From positions 2,586 through 66,585 of the forward strand of contig CAYUDN010000002.1 of assembly GCA_964443675.1 (NCBI GenBank): a DNA stretch of 64,000 nt, written 5' to 3'. Shown in pieces: positions 17,551 through 27,841 of the stretch. The stretch is from an uncultured Candidatus Saccharibacteria bacterium. Its GTDB lineage: Bacteria > Patescibacteriota > Minisyncoccia > Phycocordibacterales > UBA5272. How positions within the stretch are numbered: the stretch's first letter is position 1; every line of letters starts with the position of its first letter. A program made the position numbers and the translations under genes. Below the pieces are notes generated by a model. That model made no database searches. It saw nothing but the letters and a program-made list of their open reading frames with translations, and had not been told where the DNA came from.

Positions 17551-18690
17551 ATGTCGAGTGACAAACCTTTTGCAAAGAAGGCGGAACAGTGTTTCAAAAA
17601 AATCCTTAGCGTTCGCAGTCTTTATAACGCTGATGTTATTTACAGAATGGTTAATACTGGTGACGTTGAATGGAAAGACCTTTCTTTTGGAGAAAAAGAA
17701 CTTGAACAGAAAGTTCTTAGTATCTACCTAGCTGAAGCAGAAAAGTGCTTCGAAAAACTTAAGACGGGTGTTACCATCTTTCCTGCCACCGAGATCCAAA
17801 AACTCATCGGAAAGGGTGCAATTTCTTGGGCCATGTTGTCGTTTTCACAGGAAGAACTCGCACATGAACAACAGTCTGTTCATGTAAGAAGAGCGGAGCG
17901 TTTCTTTGCGAAGCTACAACAACGAAAGTCTGTTCAAGAGCATATCAACCTTCTTCGTGGAATGATTAAGGAGCAGGTCATAACATGGCCAATGCTCTCT
18001 TTCACAGAAAAAGACTTCCTAAAGGAGGAAAGGGCTGCTCACCTTGAACTGATTGTTCCTGTCTATAACGATGCAAAAAGTAACGGGTACGAAACCCTTA
18101 AGCATTACACAACAATGCTCAAGGTCAGGAACCTTGTTGATGGCGGAGTCCTTAATTGGGGAGATTTGCCGTTTTCCAAGAAAGACTTCGAGGCTGTTTT
18201 CCAAGCAAAAACAAACAAGAAACCTTCCCGTGTGGGGAGCTCTCTTGTAACACAAATCACTCGAGCGGAACCGTTTAGGGCGAAGGAGCTTGAAAAACGT
18301 ATTTGTGGAATGGTCAATGAGGGGAAATTCGGCTGGGAGGACATTGACACCACAAAAGAGGCACTTAGCAAAGAGGTTTTGAAGAGGGCTGTCCACTATG
18401 CAACTCGTCACTTTGAGTCACTGAAAAGAACTCAGAGTCCGGAACGTCATCTGTTGGCAATCCGATCACTCTTTGATCATGACCTCGTAACATGGGGAGA
18501 CCTTCCTTTCACAGAAAAAGATCTCTACAAACAAGAACGGTGTGCCTACACCAGAATTGCAGAAGATCACTTTTCTGCCATGAAAAGTGGGGTTACTTCT
18601 TCACCTGAAAAGATCCTTAACCTGGTTCGCCAAGGTAAGGTAAGATGGTCCTGGCTTACTTTCAGTGAAGAAGACATGGCATCCGTTTAA
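17551..18690 (+). CDS. Protein composed of seven tandem ~55-aa repeats with a conserved Trp motif, hypothetical
   Basis: Recurrent [VI]xWxxL[SP]F[ST]x[KE][DE][LF] motif: [91 protein letters not shown]. Confidence 0.6.
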   Translation: MSSDKPFAKKAEQCFKKILSVRSLYNADVIYRMVNTGDVEWKDLSFGEKELEQKVLSIYLAEAEKCFEKLKTGVTIFPATEIQKLIGKGAISWAMLSFSQEELAHEQQSVHVRRAERFFAKLQQRKSVQEHINLLRGMIKEQVITWPMLSFTEKDFLKEERAAHLELIVPVYNDAKSNGYETLKHYTTMLKVRNLVDGGVLNWGDLPFSKKDFEAVFQAKTNKKPSRVGSSLVTQITRAEPFRAKELEKRICGMVNEGKFGWEDIDTTKEALSKEVLKRAVHYATRHFESLKRTQSPERHLLAIRSLFDHDLVTWGDLPFTEKDLYKQERCAYTRIAEDHFSAMKSGVTSSPEKILNLVRQGKVRWSWLTFSEEDMASV

Positions 18691-18848
18691 ACAGCAGCGA
18701 GTGCCTAGAAATGCCGGATTTCCTTTATTATAAAAGGATCTGGCATTTTTTATATAACACATATCAAAAATACTTTTGTACAAGAAAATACAAAAATAGG
18801 GTGAAAAAGAAGGTGGTGGTCCGGTCAAAATCATCAACCAAAAAGGGC

Positions 18849-18877
18849 TTGCTTTTTTCAAAAAAGTATGATAGAAT
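18849..18877 (+). promoter_or_regulatory. Sigma70-type promoter TTGCTT-17-TAGAAT with TG extended -10, upstream of rpsO
   Basis: TTGCTT at 18849-18854, TGATAGAAT at 18869-18877. Confidence 0.55.
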
Positions 18878-18899
18878 ATACCCCATAGTTATTAATAGT

Positions 18900-19163
18900 A
18901 TGCTTACACCGAAGAAAAAGGCTATTGCCATCAAAAACGTTCAGATTCACGAAAAAGACACCGGTTCTCCTGAAGTACAGGTTTCTATTTTGACAAAAAG
19001 AATCAACGAACTTACTGGTCACCTTAAGACACATGCAAAGGATAATCACTCACGTCGAGGACTTATCCAAATGGTTGCTGACCGACGATCACATCTCAAG
19101 TATCTCGAAGGCACCAACAAGAAGCGTTATAACGCACTTGTTACCAAACTTGGTCTTAAGTAA
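18900..19163 (+). CDS. rpsO: 30S ribosomal protein S15
   Basis: 87 aa, ...[36 protein letters not shown]...: close match to the S15 consensus. The track ORF begins further upstream; the ATG at 18900 fits S15 length. Confidence 0.9.
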   Translation: MLTPKKKAIAIKNVQIHEKDTGSPEVQVSILTKRINELTGHLKTHAKDNHSRRGLIQMVADRRSHLKYLEGTNKKRYNALVTKLGLK

Positions 19164-19172
19164 TTACTTTGT

Positions 19173-19200
19173 ATGCGCTGCCTCTTACGAGGCAGCGCAT
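19173..19200 (+). terminator. Hairpin ATGCGCTGCCTC-TTAC-GAGGCAGCGCAT after rpsO
   Basis: 12-bp perfect stem. Confidence 0.6.
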
Positions 19201-19414
19201 ACTACTTTTAAACACCCTTTCTCTAAAGGGGTATAGTATACTAAACTATAGTTTCTTTTTTTAATAATTATCGCTCTTTTGTGAGCAAAGGACGTCTTCT
19301 TATATATTTTTCTGAATATACCTCTAGCAACTTTTATGTTCTTAGTGTTGGCATTAGATACAACACAGCTATATATTCTAAAACCTAAAGGGTAACGTCC
19401 ATAAAATACTTTAT

Positions 19415-20062
19415 ATGTCAGTTATAAAACACAGCGATCAGCGTGTTGCTATTTTTATCGATACACAAAATCTCTATCACAGTGCAAAAAATTTATATAA
19501 TACAAAAGTAAACTTCGGTGCCATCATGGAAACCGCGCTCGCAAAGCGTAAGCTCATCCGCTCTATCGCGTATGTAATTACTACAGAAGCAGGGGACGAG
19601 ACCCAATTTTTCGAAGCACTTACTAAACTTGGCATCGAAACCAAAACCAAAGATCTTCAAATCTTTTATGGTGGCGCCAAAAAGGCAGACTGGGACGTTG
19701 GACTTGCGGTGGACGCAATACGTCTTGCACCAAAAGTTGACACTATAGTACTTGCAACAGGGGATGGGGACTTCGTGCCTCTTGTTACATTCCTCAAAGA
19801 ACACTTTGGAGTGCAAGTAGAAGTCATTTCTTTTGGACGATCCTCTTCCACAAAACTCCGCGAAACCTGTGAAGACTTCATTGATATGTGTGACCATCCA
19901 GAAAAGTACCTCATCGGCTATCGTGTACGAAGACAGGGGAGCGTTGCAAAAAAACAACGACCTCATCCAAAAAAGATTACAAAAAGGGTAACAAAAGAGT
20001 TCTCTGATGAAGATCTTGGTATTTTTAGCGGAGAAACACCACCACCAGAGACACTTGAATAA
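19415..20062 (+). CDS. NYN-domain (LabA/PIN-like) putative ribonuclease
   Basis: VAIFIDTQNL, DVGLAVDA and ATGDGDFVPL motifs typical of NYN/LabA proteins. Confidence 0.8.
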   Translation: MSVIKHSDQRVAIFIDTQNLYHSAKNLYNTKVNFGAIMETALAKRKLIRSIAYVITTEAGDETQFFEALTKLGIETKTKDLQIFYGGAKKADWDVGLAVDAIRLAPKVDTIVLATGDGDFVPLVTFLKEHFGVQVEVISFGRSSSTKLRETCEDFIDMCDHPEKYLIGYRVRRQGSVAKKQRPHPKKITKRVTKEFSDEDLGIFSGETPPPETLE

Positions 20063-20076
20063 CTAAAGACAAAACT

Positions 20077-20964
20077 GTGCACACATCCTCATGTTGCACA
20101 GTTTTTTCTGATACACTACTAACTATCATGGTACCAAAAGTAGAAACCTTCGAACACAATATTGCAGAAGAAATAAAACACAGAGAGGCCTCTCTTACAG
20201 AAATTTCTGCGGCCTCTAATGATGTTGGTAACAACCAAACAGAACTTGATTCCATAAAAAGAAATAAGATTATCATTATAGGATCTCTTACTGTGCTTAT
20301 AGTTACTATTTTTGGATTTGGTGCACTTGGATATATATATCTACAAGACACGACAGCATCAAAAGAAACACCTCAAACCCAAACAACACCAAGTCAGACA
20401 AAGTCCTCAGGTTCACTCGCTTCTCTCTCAAAAACACTAGACGAAGCCATTGGAAGTTACACAAAAAACGTCGACAAAAAAGATCGTGGCTATGTAATTA
20501 CCCTTACTTCCTACACACATGTATTTGCCTACGTGACAAGAAATGAAGACTCTTTTATTGAAGAACTTGCGTCACTTTTTCCTCCACAAAAACAAGCACT
20601 CCAACAACCAAAAGAGACACCAAAACAGCCTGCAAATGTTACTGCCGGCACCTCAACAACAAAAGCAACAACCACCACAGCTACTTCTTCTATAAAAATA
20701 ATCAAAAAACAACCTTCAAGTACCTCAACATCAGTGTCAACAATAACAACTGCGACACAAACACCACAACAAGAACAACCTGTTATAGACCTCCCCTTGG
20801 CGGCAACTTCTTCCTATTCTGATCTTACTATCGCTAACCAAAATATGCGTGTATGGAACAAGGGGGACAAGCAAGTTGTGTATGCTTTTGTTGGCATTAC
20901 CGCCCTTCTTATCTCAGACACACCAGAGGGGATACTTGCTCTCAAAGGTGCTATACTCAAATAA
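20077..20964 (+). CDS. Membrane-anchored S/T/Q-rich low-complexity protein, hypothetical
   Basis: One TM (IIIIGSLTVLIVTIFGFGALGYIYL). Start may be the internal Met at 20128. Stop overlaps the comM start (TAATG). Confidence 0.4.
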   Translation: MHTSSCCTVFSDTLLTIMVPKVETFEHNIAEEIKHREASLTEISAASNDVGNNQTELDSIKRNKIIIIGSLTVLIVTIFGFGALGYIYLQDTTASKETPQTQTTPSQTKSSGSLASLSKTLDEAIGSYTKNVDKKDRGYVITLTSYTHVFAYVTRNEDSFIEELASLFPPQKQALQQPKETPKQPANVTAGTSTTKATTTTATSSIKIIKKQPSSTSTSVSTITTATQTPQQEQPVIDLPLAATSSYSDLTIANQNMRVWNKGDKQVVYAFVGITALLISDTPEGILALKGAILK

Positions 20965-22520
20965 TGAGTGTTGCAACAATAGGCTGTGCCCACATTGTCG
21001 GACTTCACGCAGAGAAAGTAGCGGTTGAGGTCGATGTATCTTCTGGGTTATATGCTTTTTCTATTGTAGGACTTCCTGACAAGGCAATTGACGAAAGTAA
21101 GGATCGGATTATTGCTGCTCTTAAAAATAGTGGCGCAAAGAACCCAAAAACAGAAAACCAAAAAGTTATTGTCTCGCTTAGTCCAGCGAATACCAAAAAA
21201 GAAGGTTCTCATTTTGATATTCCAATTGCTCTTGCATATCTTGTTGCATCTAAACAACTTGCTCCACGACACAAAACAGAATGGTTCGTTGGTGAACTTT
21301 CTTTAACTGGAGAAATACTTCCCATGAAAGGGGTGCTTCTTGTTGCAGAGTTAGCAAAAAGGACAGGTATCTCTGCTCTCTACGTACCAGAAGCAAACCA
21401 AGAAGAGGCTGCGCTTATTGAAGATCTTAATGTGTACGGATGCAAACATCTAAGCGATCTCGTGCTTCATCTTGGGGGAACATTAGAAAAAAACCAAAAA
21501 GTGGTAAGTCTCTCCAAAACACCACCGACTCCTGTAACATACACAACCCCTCAGTACGTAACTGATTTTAAGGATATTAAAGGACAAGAAACAGCAAAAC
21601 GAGCGCTTGCAATCGCAGCTTCCGGTGGCCACAACATTGCGCTCTATGGACCACCAGGAACAGGCAAAACAATGCTTGCACGCGCCTTCACCGGCATTCT
21701 GCCACCACTTAACAAAGAAGAGGCACTTGAGGTTACCCGCATTCATTCTCTGTCTGGAAAAGAAACAACAATTATTACCCATCCACCACTACGCAGTCCT
21801 CACCACACCGCATCGTATGTATCTCTTGTTGGGGGAGGAACAACACCACGACCAGGGGAAGTAACACTCGCACACAAAGGTGTGCTTTTCCTTGATGAGT
21901 TTCCTGAATTTGATAAACAGGTTATAGAGTCACTTCGTGAACCATTAGAAGAAGGGCATATTACTGTTTCTCGTGCAAAAGGCTCTTACACTTTTCCTGC
22001 TTCTTGTACTCTTATTGCATCAATGAACCCTTGTCCTTGTGGGTATCTTGGAAGCAAACACAAACGCTGTGTGTGTAAACCTTCCGATATCGACCGTTAT
22101 GCCCGCAAACTCTCTGGTCCAATCATGGATCGTATTGATATGTGGGTTCCTGTACTTCATGTTGAGTACAAAACACTTTCTGAAAGTGAAGAAGGAGAGG
22201 AAAGTAAAGATATTAAAACAAAAGTAATGAAGGCGCGAAACTTCGCACAACAACGTTTTATTAAAGAAGGAAATCATACGCTTACCAAAAACAAAGACAT
22301 GTCGGCAAAAGATATTGCAAAACATGTTGTTTTGGAGGGGAAAACCTTAGCGCTTATGCAACAACTTGCAACCTCGTACACACTTTCCCCTCGTGCATAT
22401 CACCGTGTTCTTAGGCTTGCAAGAACAATAGCGGATTATCGCGAATCACCACAAGTAGAAGAAGTGGATATTTTAGAAGCTTTTCAGTATCGTCCTAAGT
22501 TATATCAAGATAGACTGTAA
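20964..22520 (+). CDS. comM: Mg-chelatase-like AAA+ ATPase YifB/ComM
   Basis: N-terminal Lon-like domain (VGLPDKAIDESKDRI), Walker A LYGPPGTGKTML, Walker B LFLDEF, and Cys cluster CPCGYLG...CVC. Confidence 0.85.
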   Translation: MSVATIGCAHIVGLHAEKVAVEVDVSSGLYAFSIVGLPDKAIDESKDRIIAALKNSGAKNPKTENQKVIVSLSPANTKKEGSHFDIPIALAYLVASKQLAPRHKTEWFVGELSLTGEILPMKGVLLVAELAKRTGISALYVPEANQEEAALIEDLNVYGCKHLSDLVLHLGGTLEKNQKVVSLSKTPPTPVTYTTPQYVTDFKDIKGQETAKRALAIAASGGHNIALYGPPGTGKTMLARAFTGILPPLNKEEALEVTRIHSLSGKETTIITHPPLRSPHHTASYVSLVGGGTTPRPGEVTLAHKGVLFLDEFPEFDKQVIESLREPLEEGHITVSRAKGSYTFPASCTLIASMNPCPCGYLGSKHKRCVCKPSDIDRYARKLSGPIMDRIDMWVPVLHVEYKTLSESEEGEESKDIKTKVMKARNFAQQRFIKEGNHTLTKNKDMSAKDIAKHVVLEGKTLALMQQLATSYTLSPRAYHRVLRLARTIADYRESPQVEEVDILEAFQYRPKLYQDRL

Positions 22521-22560
22521 TCTAGATACTAGGCTACAAGCTTACAGAGGGTAAATCGTA

Positions 22561-22589
22561 CAAGAGCGACGCCTACGGCGTCGCTCTTG
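22561..22589. terminator. Bidirectional hairpin CAAGAGCGACGCC-TAC-GGCGTCGCTCTTG between convergent comM and the M23 peptidase
   Basis: 12-13-bp GC-rich stem. Confidence 0.6.
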
Positions 22590-22631
22590 TGTTGTGTCTG
22601 GTATCTGTAGTCTGTGTTCTGCGATCTAACT

Positions 22632-23663
22632 TTAGAACGGATTCTTCGCTCCACGAACTTCGAAGTGAAGGTGTGGGCCAGTGGATCGTCCAGTATTACC
22701 AAGTTCTCCAATTTGTTCACCCTGAGCAACGGTTTGTCCAGAAGTTACATACACTGCGCGCAGGTGGGCGTAGACTGTTTGTATTCCTTTCTCATGAGTA
22801 ATAATAATCAACCCACCGTATCCACCATTATAACCACTAGCTTTAGCAACGATTACTTTTCCTTGTGCTGCTGCAAAAATAGGAGTGCCTGGAGTTGCGG
22901 CAATATCAATTCCGTTGTGCCCGTGTATTCCCTGTGTTCTTATACCACCGTTAACAGGACGTGTTAAGAACCCGCTTGGTGTACTTTGTGTATATACATC
23001 AAGAATCTTAGATTTTTTAGTTTTTGTACTCTTGGTAGTCTTTGTAGAAGAAGGAATAATTTCTATTTCTCCGTCTGGAACAATCACTACATCGCCGACT
23101 GCGAGTTTTGCATCTACATCAATACCGTTGTATGTTGCCATATCAGCAACATCTGCTTTATATCGCTTCGCAACAGAAAGCATTGTATCACCTTTACGTA
23201 CTGTGTGCTTAATACCGGTAATAGGAAGGATAATAAGAGTGTCGCCTTTAGCAATTGAACGTGACGTAAGGTTGTTCGCCCACATAATTGTATTCACAGA
23301 AACACTAAAAAGTCTCGCAACCTCTTCAATGGTGTCACCTTTTTTCACCTCATACACACTAATAGTGTCCGAAACAGGGAAGTCAACGTCTTCCGTCGAA
23401 ACACGAAGAGCTCCAGACACCGCCTGAAGAGATTCTTGGTCTTGTGTAAGAGGCACATCAGCTCCTTCTGTTGTTGTGCCGTCAACAACAGTTGGTTTGA
23501 AGAGATCCATGGTCTGAGTTGTCGCAAAAACCTTCTGATTGTCTTCTTTTTCTTTAGAAGAAATAAAAATGGTCTTGAATTTATCAGTAAATGTTGCGAT
23601 AACTCCCGCATGAAGTGAGAACGGAGAAAGAAGCACAAACACACCCATAACACCAAGAAACAT
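22632..23663 (-). CDS. Secreted peptidase M23 with two LysM domains
   Basis: Signal/TM N-terminus. Two LysM repeats (VKKGDTIEEVARLFSVSVNTI..., VRKGDTMLSVAKRYKADVADM...). M23 motifs HxxxD (GIHGHNGIDIAA) and HLHFE. Confidence 0.85.
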   Translation of the reverse strand: MFLGVMGVFVLLSPFSLHAGVIATFTDKFKTIFISSKEKEDNQKVFATTQTMDLFKPTVVDGTTTEGADVPLTQDQESLQAVSGALRVSTEDVDFPVSDTISVYEVKKGDTIEEVARLFSVSVNTIMWANNLTSRSIAKGDTLIILPITGIKHTVRKGDTMLSVAKRYKADVADMATYNGIDVDAKLAVGDVVIVPDGEIEIIPSSTKTTKSTKTKKSKILDVYTQSTPSGFLTRPVNGGIRTQGIHGHNGIDIAATPGTPIFAAAQGKVIVAKASGYNGGYGGLIIITHEKGIQTVYAHLRAVYVTSGQTVAQGEQIGELGNTGRSTGPHLHFEVRGAKNPF

Positions 23664-23914
23664 CTGTGACGCTTTAAGTAAGCGTTTTTGAGGATCTACT
23701 ACGATAGCAGGTAAAGATTAAAGAAACCAAATTCTTAGTACCTTTAAGAAGAAATAAGAGCAGTAAACAAAATAAGTCTTATTTCAAGAATTTTCTCCCT
23801 TTGGGAGGACTTCTCTATAATACCAAAATAATGAGCATGGTTCAAGAAACCAAATTCGCTAAACATGTGGAGAAGTCAGATAAAATACTTATATAGTAAG
23901 GTATACTTTGGTAT

Positions 23915-26900
23915 ATGAGATATCAAGGAGATGGAGAAGATGGGCGTTTTGATAATGCTCGTGATAATGCTCGCCATATAAGAAAAGGAGGTCGAGGGAG
24001 ATCACAAGAAGAAGAACTTCCGAACGGAAGAAAACCAAAAAAGTCATTCCCTAGAGGAGGGCCTGGTGATGTTTTTGGTTCTGGTCCACTAAATACAAAC
24101 GAACAAACTCCTTCAATTCCAACATCGGAACCATCACCAGACCAGATACCACAAAACCACAACCATGATAAAGTGGTGCCGGGAAAAACCACAACAGAAC
24201 CAGTGGCAACCACCGCTCCTCAACAGCAACAAACCGCTGGACACACTGACAGAGGACGGAATGAAAGGCAACCAGGAACATTTCGTAGTAACACAGAAAA
24301 AAGGGGGGCTCCTCTTCGTGTAGACGGTATCCGACCAAACCGTGAACAAGATAAAGAGCTCCAAAAAACAAAAAATAGTCTCCGTACAACACTTAACGCA
24401 CTGGCATCGAGACTTTCTACTTCGATCCAAATGCTTAATGATAACACCCCCGAAGAAATAGATGAGACCTTTAACCATGTTTCTAACGAAATTCTTGGAG
24501 AAATTAAAGGTCTTCTTCATGTACTTAACACAAACTCAACACGTGAAGATATTCAAACTGTTCAAAAAAAAGTTGATGCTCTAAAAAGTGACATTGAGGA
24601 TATTTATACAAAAACATCTCTTCTTGTCGGTTCTCCGATGTTAAGAAAGGCCGCGGCACGAGTTATTGAAAGAGTATCTATACTAGAAACCTTGTCAGGA
24701 TTAAGTGATATAACTATTCCTGACCATGAAGAGCTTCAAGGAAAGGTAGACAGAATCGCTCACTATATCGAATCACCCCTTGAAGAAACAGCTCCAAGAA
24801 TCGTTGCCCTCTTTGTAGAAGAAGTAGAAAATACCCTTTCTTCTCTTGAGCGTGCAGCAATAGCCCAGATTTTTGTTACCCTAAATACAGCTATTACTGG
24901 TATTACTTCTTCCTACCAAAAAGGGGAAATCAAAGAAGATACTTACAAAGAAGCAATTGCTCGAGGAAAAAATATTGAATCAATTCTTGGCGAATACCCA
25001 CTCAACGGAGAAAAACTCCTTAGCAATCTAACACCACTTCTTGAACTTCGTGAAAAAATAACACCAAAAGACATAGCTACAATCAAAGACAGAGTTGCTT
25101 CCTTAGAACCTGGACAAATAAACAACAAAGAGAAGGAAAAGCTTGAGATACTGCAAGCACTTCTCCCTCTTTCGAGAAAGTTTTACACTCTTTCAACAAC
25201 CTACACCTCGTTACTTCCTCATCTACGTGAGGGTGATAAACTAGACGGTCTTCAAGAACAACTTACTTCACTTCTTGCACAACTCGACAAAGAGCCAGAT
25301 CATCAAACCTTAGTTGCGTTCAAAGAACATCTCGAGGAGTTTGATTCACGAATGACGACTCTTAAAAAAAGACTAGAAAAGGGAGAATCCGAAGACGTGA
25401 GTGGAGACAAAAAAATAGCCACACCTCCTGCTGATGTACTACAAAAAAGTACAAGCGTAACTGCTGAAGAAAAAGCGGCACTCCGTAACACCCCTCCGCA
25501 AGACGAGCCATCACAAACAACAAGAGACAGCGCACCACAGACACAAGATCCTTCTACTGTAGCAAAGCAACCAAAAGAGCAAGATTTACCGACTAAAGAA
25601 GTGCCTACTTTTGTAGAAGGAGAACCTAAAACCCCTCAACAAGGAGGAGATGCTGCAAGCGACGTAACCGCTACACCAAACAAAACCGCCGCACAACCAC
25701 CACAAGAACAGATTGTACAGAAGCAAGTAAGGGAAACCTCTTCTTTGTTTGCTTCACTTATTCCACAAATTCAATCAACGCTTCCAGTTCTTACCAAAGA
25801 GAGTCAAGCTACTCTACGTCGCCAACTTGAAGAATGTTTTACATTACGATCATCTGTAACACAAAAAGGAGCCAAAGAAGAGCATCTTGTTGCTTCTTAC
25901 GAAAAAGCTGTTCAAGAACTACGCAGTCTTCTCTCTTCTTTGTCAGAAGAAATAAAAAACTCAAAAGAGCTTAAAAAAGAAAACGCAGAGACCTCTCCGG
26001 TTGCACCTCAAAATCCAAACACTTCTTCCAAAAAAGCAGTATTGCGACCGAAAGAAGGTAATGCTGCTCGAGTAGAAACCAAAGACCCGACACTTATCTA
26101 TAAACAAGCACTCCAAGCAAATCCTTACAGACACCTTGCTACACAAAAAAGAGAAACAGAAGCAATGTTCTCACAACTTTCTGGGGATTCTTTCTATAAC
26201 AAAGGTGCAGAGGTTCGCAAATCACTTAAGTTAAGTGATGCTTATTTTGACAAATATAAAAAGAGTCCTCAGGAATTCGAAGCTACCTACATTGAAAGAA
26301 GAGGTGAATACACAGAAGAACAGAAAGAAGCAATCAATGAAGCACTGATTCGTTTTATTCAAGACCTTTCGGAAAGAAGTAAGCTTTTTATTCATGAAAA
26401 GAAAGAGATTGAAGAAGAGAAAAATGGAACCAAAGAACTTATTCCTCAAGCACAACTCAAGATAGAAGGGTTTAACAAAAAAATAAAAGAACTTAGCGCA
26501 GAAATTCTTCGTCTTGCCAAAAAACTCCCGCTAGAAAAACAAAAATATATAGCGGCAGAGCTTGTTATTGCAAAAGAAGAAGTAAAAGAACTTATTCAAG
26601 AGAATCCTGCAACACCCGCATCTTCTGTTCCTGTTACCGAAGAAGCCTCTTCGAACTCTACACTAACACAAGCAGACGCTACACCGAACAAAGAGCACCA
26701 AGCCCCAGAGGCAACCACAATAACAAAATCACAAGAGGGGGTGCAAGGAGTAGCACAAGAAAAACCACAAGAGGTACCTACTGTTGAGTCGGAACAAAAA
26801 CCAAAAAGTCCTGAGACTCTTAAGACAATGAGAGAGAAGGTAGAAAAACTCCTCAACACCCGTCTTACCCGTATCACTTCCACCATTAAAGAACGAGGTG

Positions 26901-27433
26901 CAGTACTGAGAGCTCTTGCATTTGCTGTTATTACAGGGTCTAGCGCCTTAGGAGTAAAAACATATCAAGATATAACAAAAACTAAACAAGAACAAACAAA
27001 AACTATTGCAGGTCTTACTTCTTGGAGAGATCTTGCACAAGGACCTCTTATAAAAGATTTTCAAAAGGATCTTCTTGATAATAATCTTTCCTTTGCTGAA
27101 ATTATTAAAAAACATGCACCAGGGATTAATCTTAACCCAAACAATCCGAGCGAAATGAGTGCAATAGAGTCAATAGATGTCGACAAGCTCCTTAAAGACC
27201 AGAACTACCTGCAACATCTTTCTAAAGAACAGAGGAACGAGCTTTGCTCTATTGTGATACTGGCACAGACTATTGCACAAAATGTTGACGCAGACAAAGT
27301 AACAAAACCAGGATTCGTTCCTAACAAGTTCTACTTTACCTCACCTTTAATGACATTACGAGATTTTGTTGCGGGGGCAAAAGAAGTCGGAACCAAAAAG
27401 GATCTTGAGGAAGAAAAACTTAAAAAAGTATAA
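23915..27433 (+). CDS. Large (1172 aa) low-complexity coiled-coil protein, hypothetical
   Basis: Long uninterrupted ORF with native codon bias, E/K/Q/T/P-rich with heptad-like segments. No enzymatic motifs seen. Confidence 0.5.
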   Translation: MRYQGDGEDGRFDNARDNARHIRKGGRGRSQEEELPNGRKPKKSFPRGGPGDVFGSGPLNTNEQTPSIPTSEPSPDQIPQNHNHDKVVPGKTTTEPVATTAPQQQQTAGHTDRGRNERQPGTFRSNTEKRGAPLRVDGIRPNREQDKELQKTKNSLRTTLNALASRLSTSIQMLNDNTPEEIDETFNHVSNEILGEIKGLLHVLNTNSTREDIQTVQKKVDALKSDIEDIYTKTSLLVGSPMLRKAAARVIERVSILETLSGLSDITIPDHEELQGKVDRIAHYIESPLEETAPRIVALFVEEVENTLSSLERAAIAQIFVTLNTAITGITSSYQKGEIKEDTYKEAIARGKNIESILGEYPLNGEKLLSNLTPLLELREKITPKDIATIKDRVASLEPGQINNKEKEKLEILQALLPLSRKFYTLSTTYTSLLPHLREGDKLDGLQEQLTSLLAQLDKEPDHQTLVAFKEHLEEFDSRMTTLKKRLEKGESEDVSGDKKIATPPADVLQKSTSVTAEEKAALRNTPPQDEPSQTTRDSAPQTQDPSTVAKQPKEQDLPTKEVPTFVEGEPKTPQQGGDAASDVTATPNKTAAQPPQEQIVQKQVRETSSLFASLIPQIQSTLPVLTKESQATLRRQLEECFTLRSSVTQKGAKEEHLVASYEKAVQELRSLLSSLSEEIKNSKELKKENAETSPVAPQNPNTSSKKAVLRPKEGNAARVETKDPTLIYKQALQANPYRHLATQKRETEAMFSQLSGDSFYNKGAEVRKSLKLSDAYFDKYKKSPQEFEATYIERRGEYTEEQKEAINEALIRFIQDLSERSKLFIHEKKEIEEEKNGTKELIPQAQLKIEGFNKKIKELSAEILRLAKKLPLEKQKYIAAELVIAKEEVKELIQENPATPASSVPVTEEASSNSTLTQADATPNKEHQAPEATTITKSQEGVQGVAQEKPQEVPTVESEQKPKSPETLKTMREKVEKLLNTRLTRITSTIKERGAVLRALAFAVITGSSALGVKTYQDITKTKQEQTKTIAGLTSWRDLAQGPLIKDFQKDLLDNNLSFAEIIKKHAPGINLNPNNPSEMSAIESIDVDKLLKDQNYLQHLSKEQRNELCSIVILAQTIAQNVDADKVTKPGFVPNKFYFTSPLMTLRDFVAGAKEVGTKKDLEEEKLKKV

Positions 27434-27442
27434 CATTACACT

Positions 27443-27730
27443 ATGAACTTCGATGAACTCTACCAACAACTTGTACAAGACTTTAACCTCTCTGACCTTG
27501 AAGAAGCAGATAAAGAGGAGATGCTTCTTGAGATTGCAAAAGCGATACAGAAGCAGTTTCTTTTTGATGTGTACGAAATTATAGGAGAAAAGTCTTTTGA
27601 CGCACTACAAGCGTCAGCAACGATGGGAGAAGAATTCTATGCCACAACCCTTAAGCATATCCTTCCTAACTACGAAGAGGTGTTCCAAGAATCAAGAAAG
27701 AAAGTAGTGGAAGCGTTCAATAAGGAGTAG
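27443..27730 (+). CDS. Small acidic hypothetical protein (95 aa)
   Basis: ORF directly after the large protein, followed by a terminator. Confidence 0.3.
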   Translation: MNFDELYQQLVQDFNLSDLEEADKEEMLLEIAKAIQKQFLFDVYEIIGEKSFDALQASATMGEEFYATTLKHILPNYEEVFQESRKKVVEAFNKE

Positions 27731-27757
27731 ATACTTCACATTTAGTAAGTAGAGGTT

Positions 27758-27798
27758 GGAATACAAGAGGGGCACCTACGGTGCCCCTCTTGTATTCC
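27758..27798 (+). terminator. Hairpin GGAATACAAGAGGGGCACC-TACG-GTGCCCCTCTTGTATTCC
   Basis: 18-bp stem. Shares the CAAGAG...CCTACGG...CTCTTG pattern with the hairpin at 22561. Confidence 0.65.
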
Positions 27799-27841
27799 TT
27801 ACTCCTCATTCTTTATTCCTTCATGCTACACTACTCCTACC

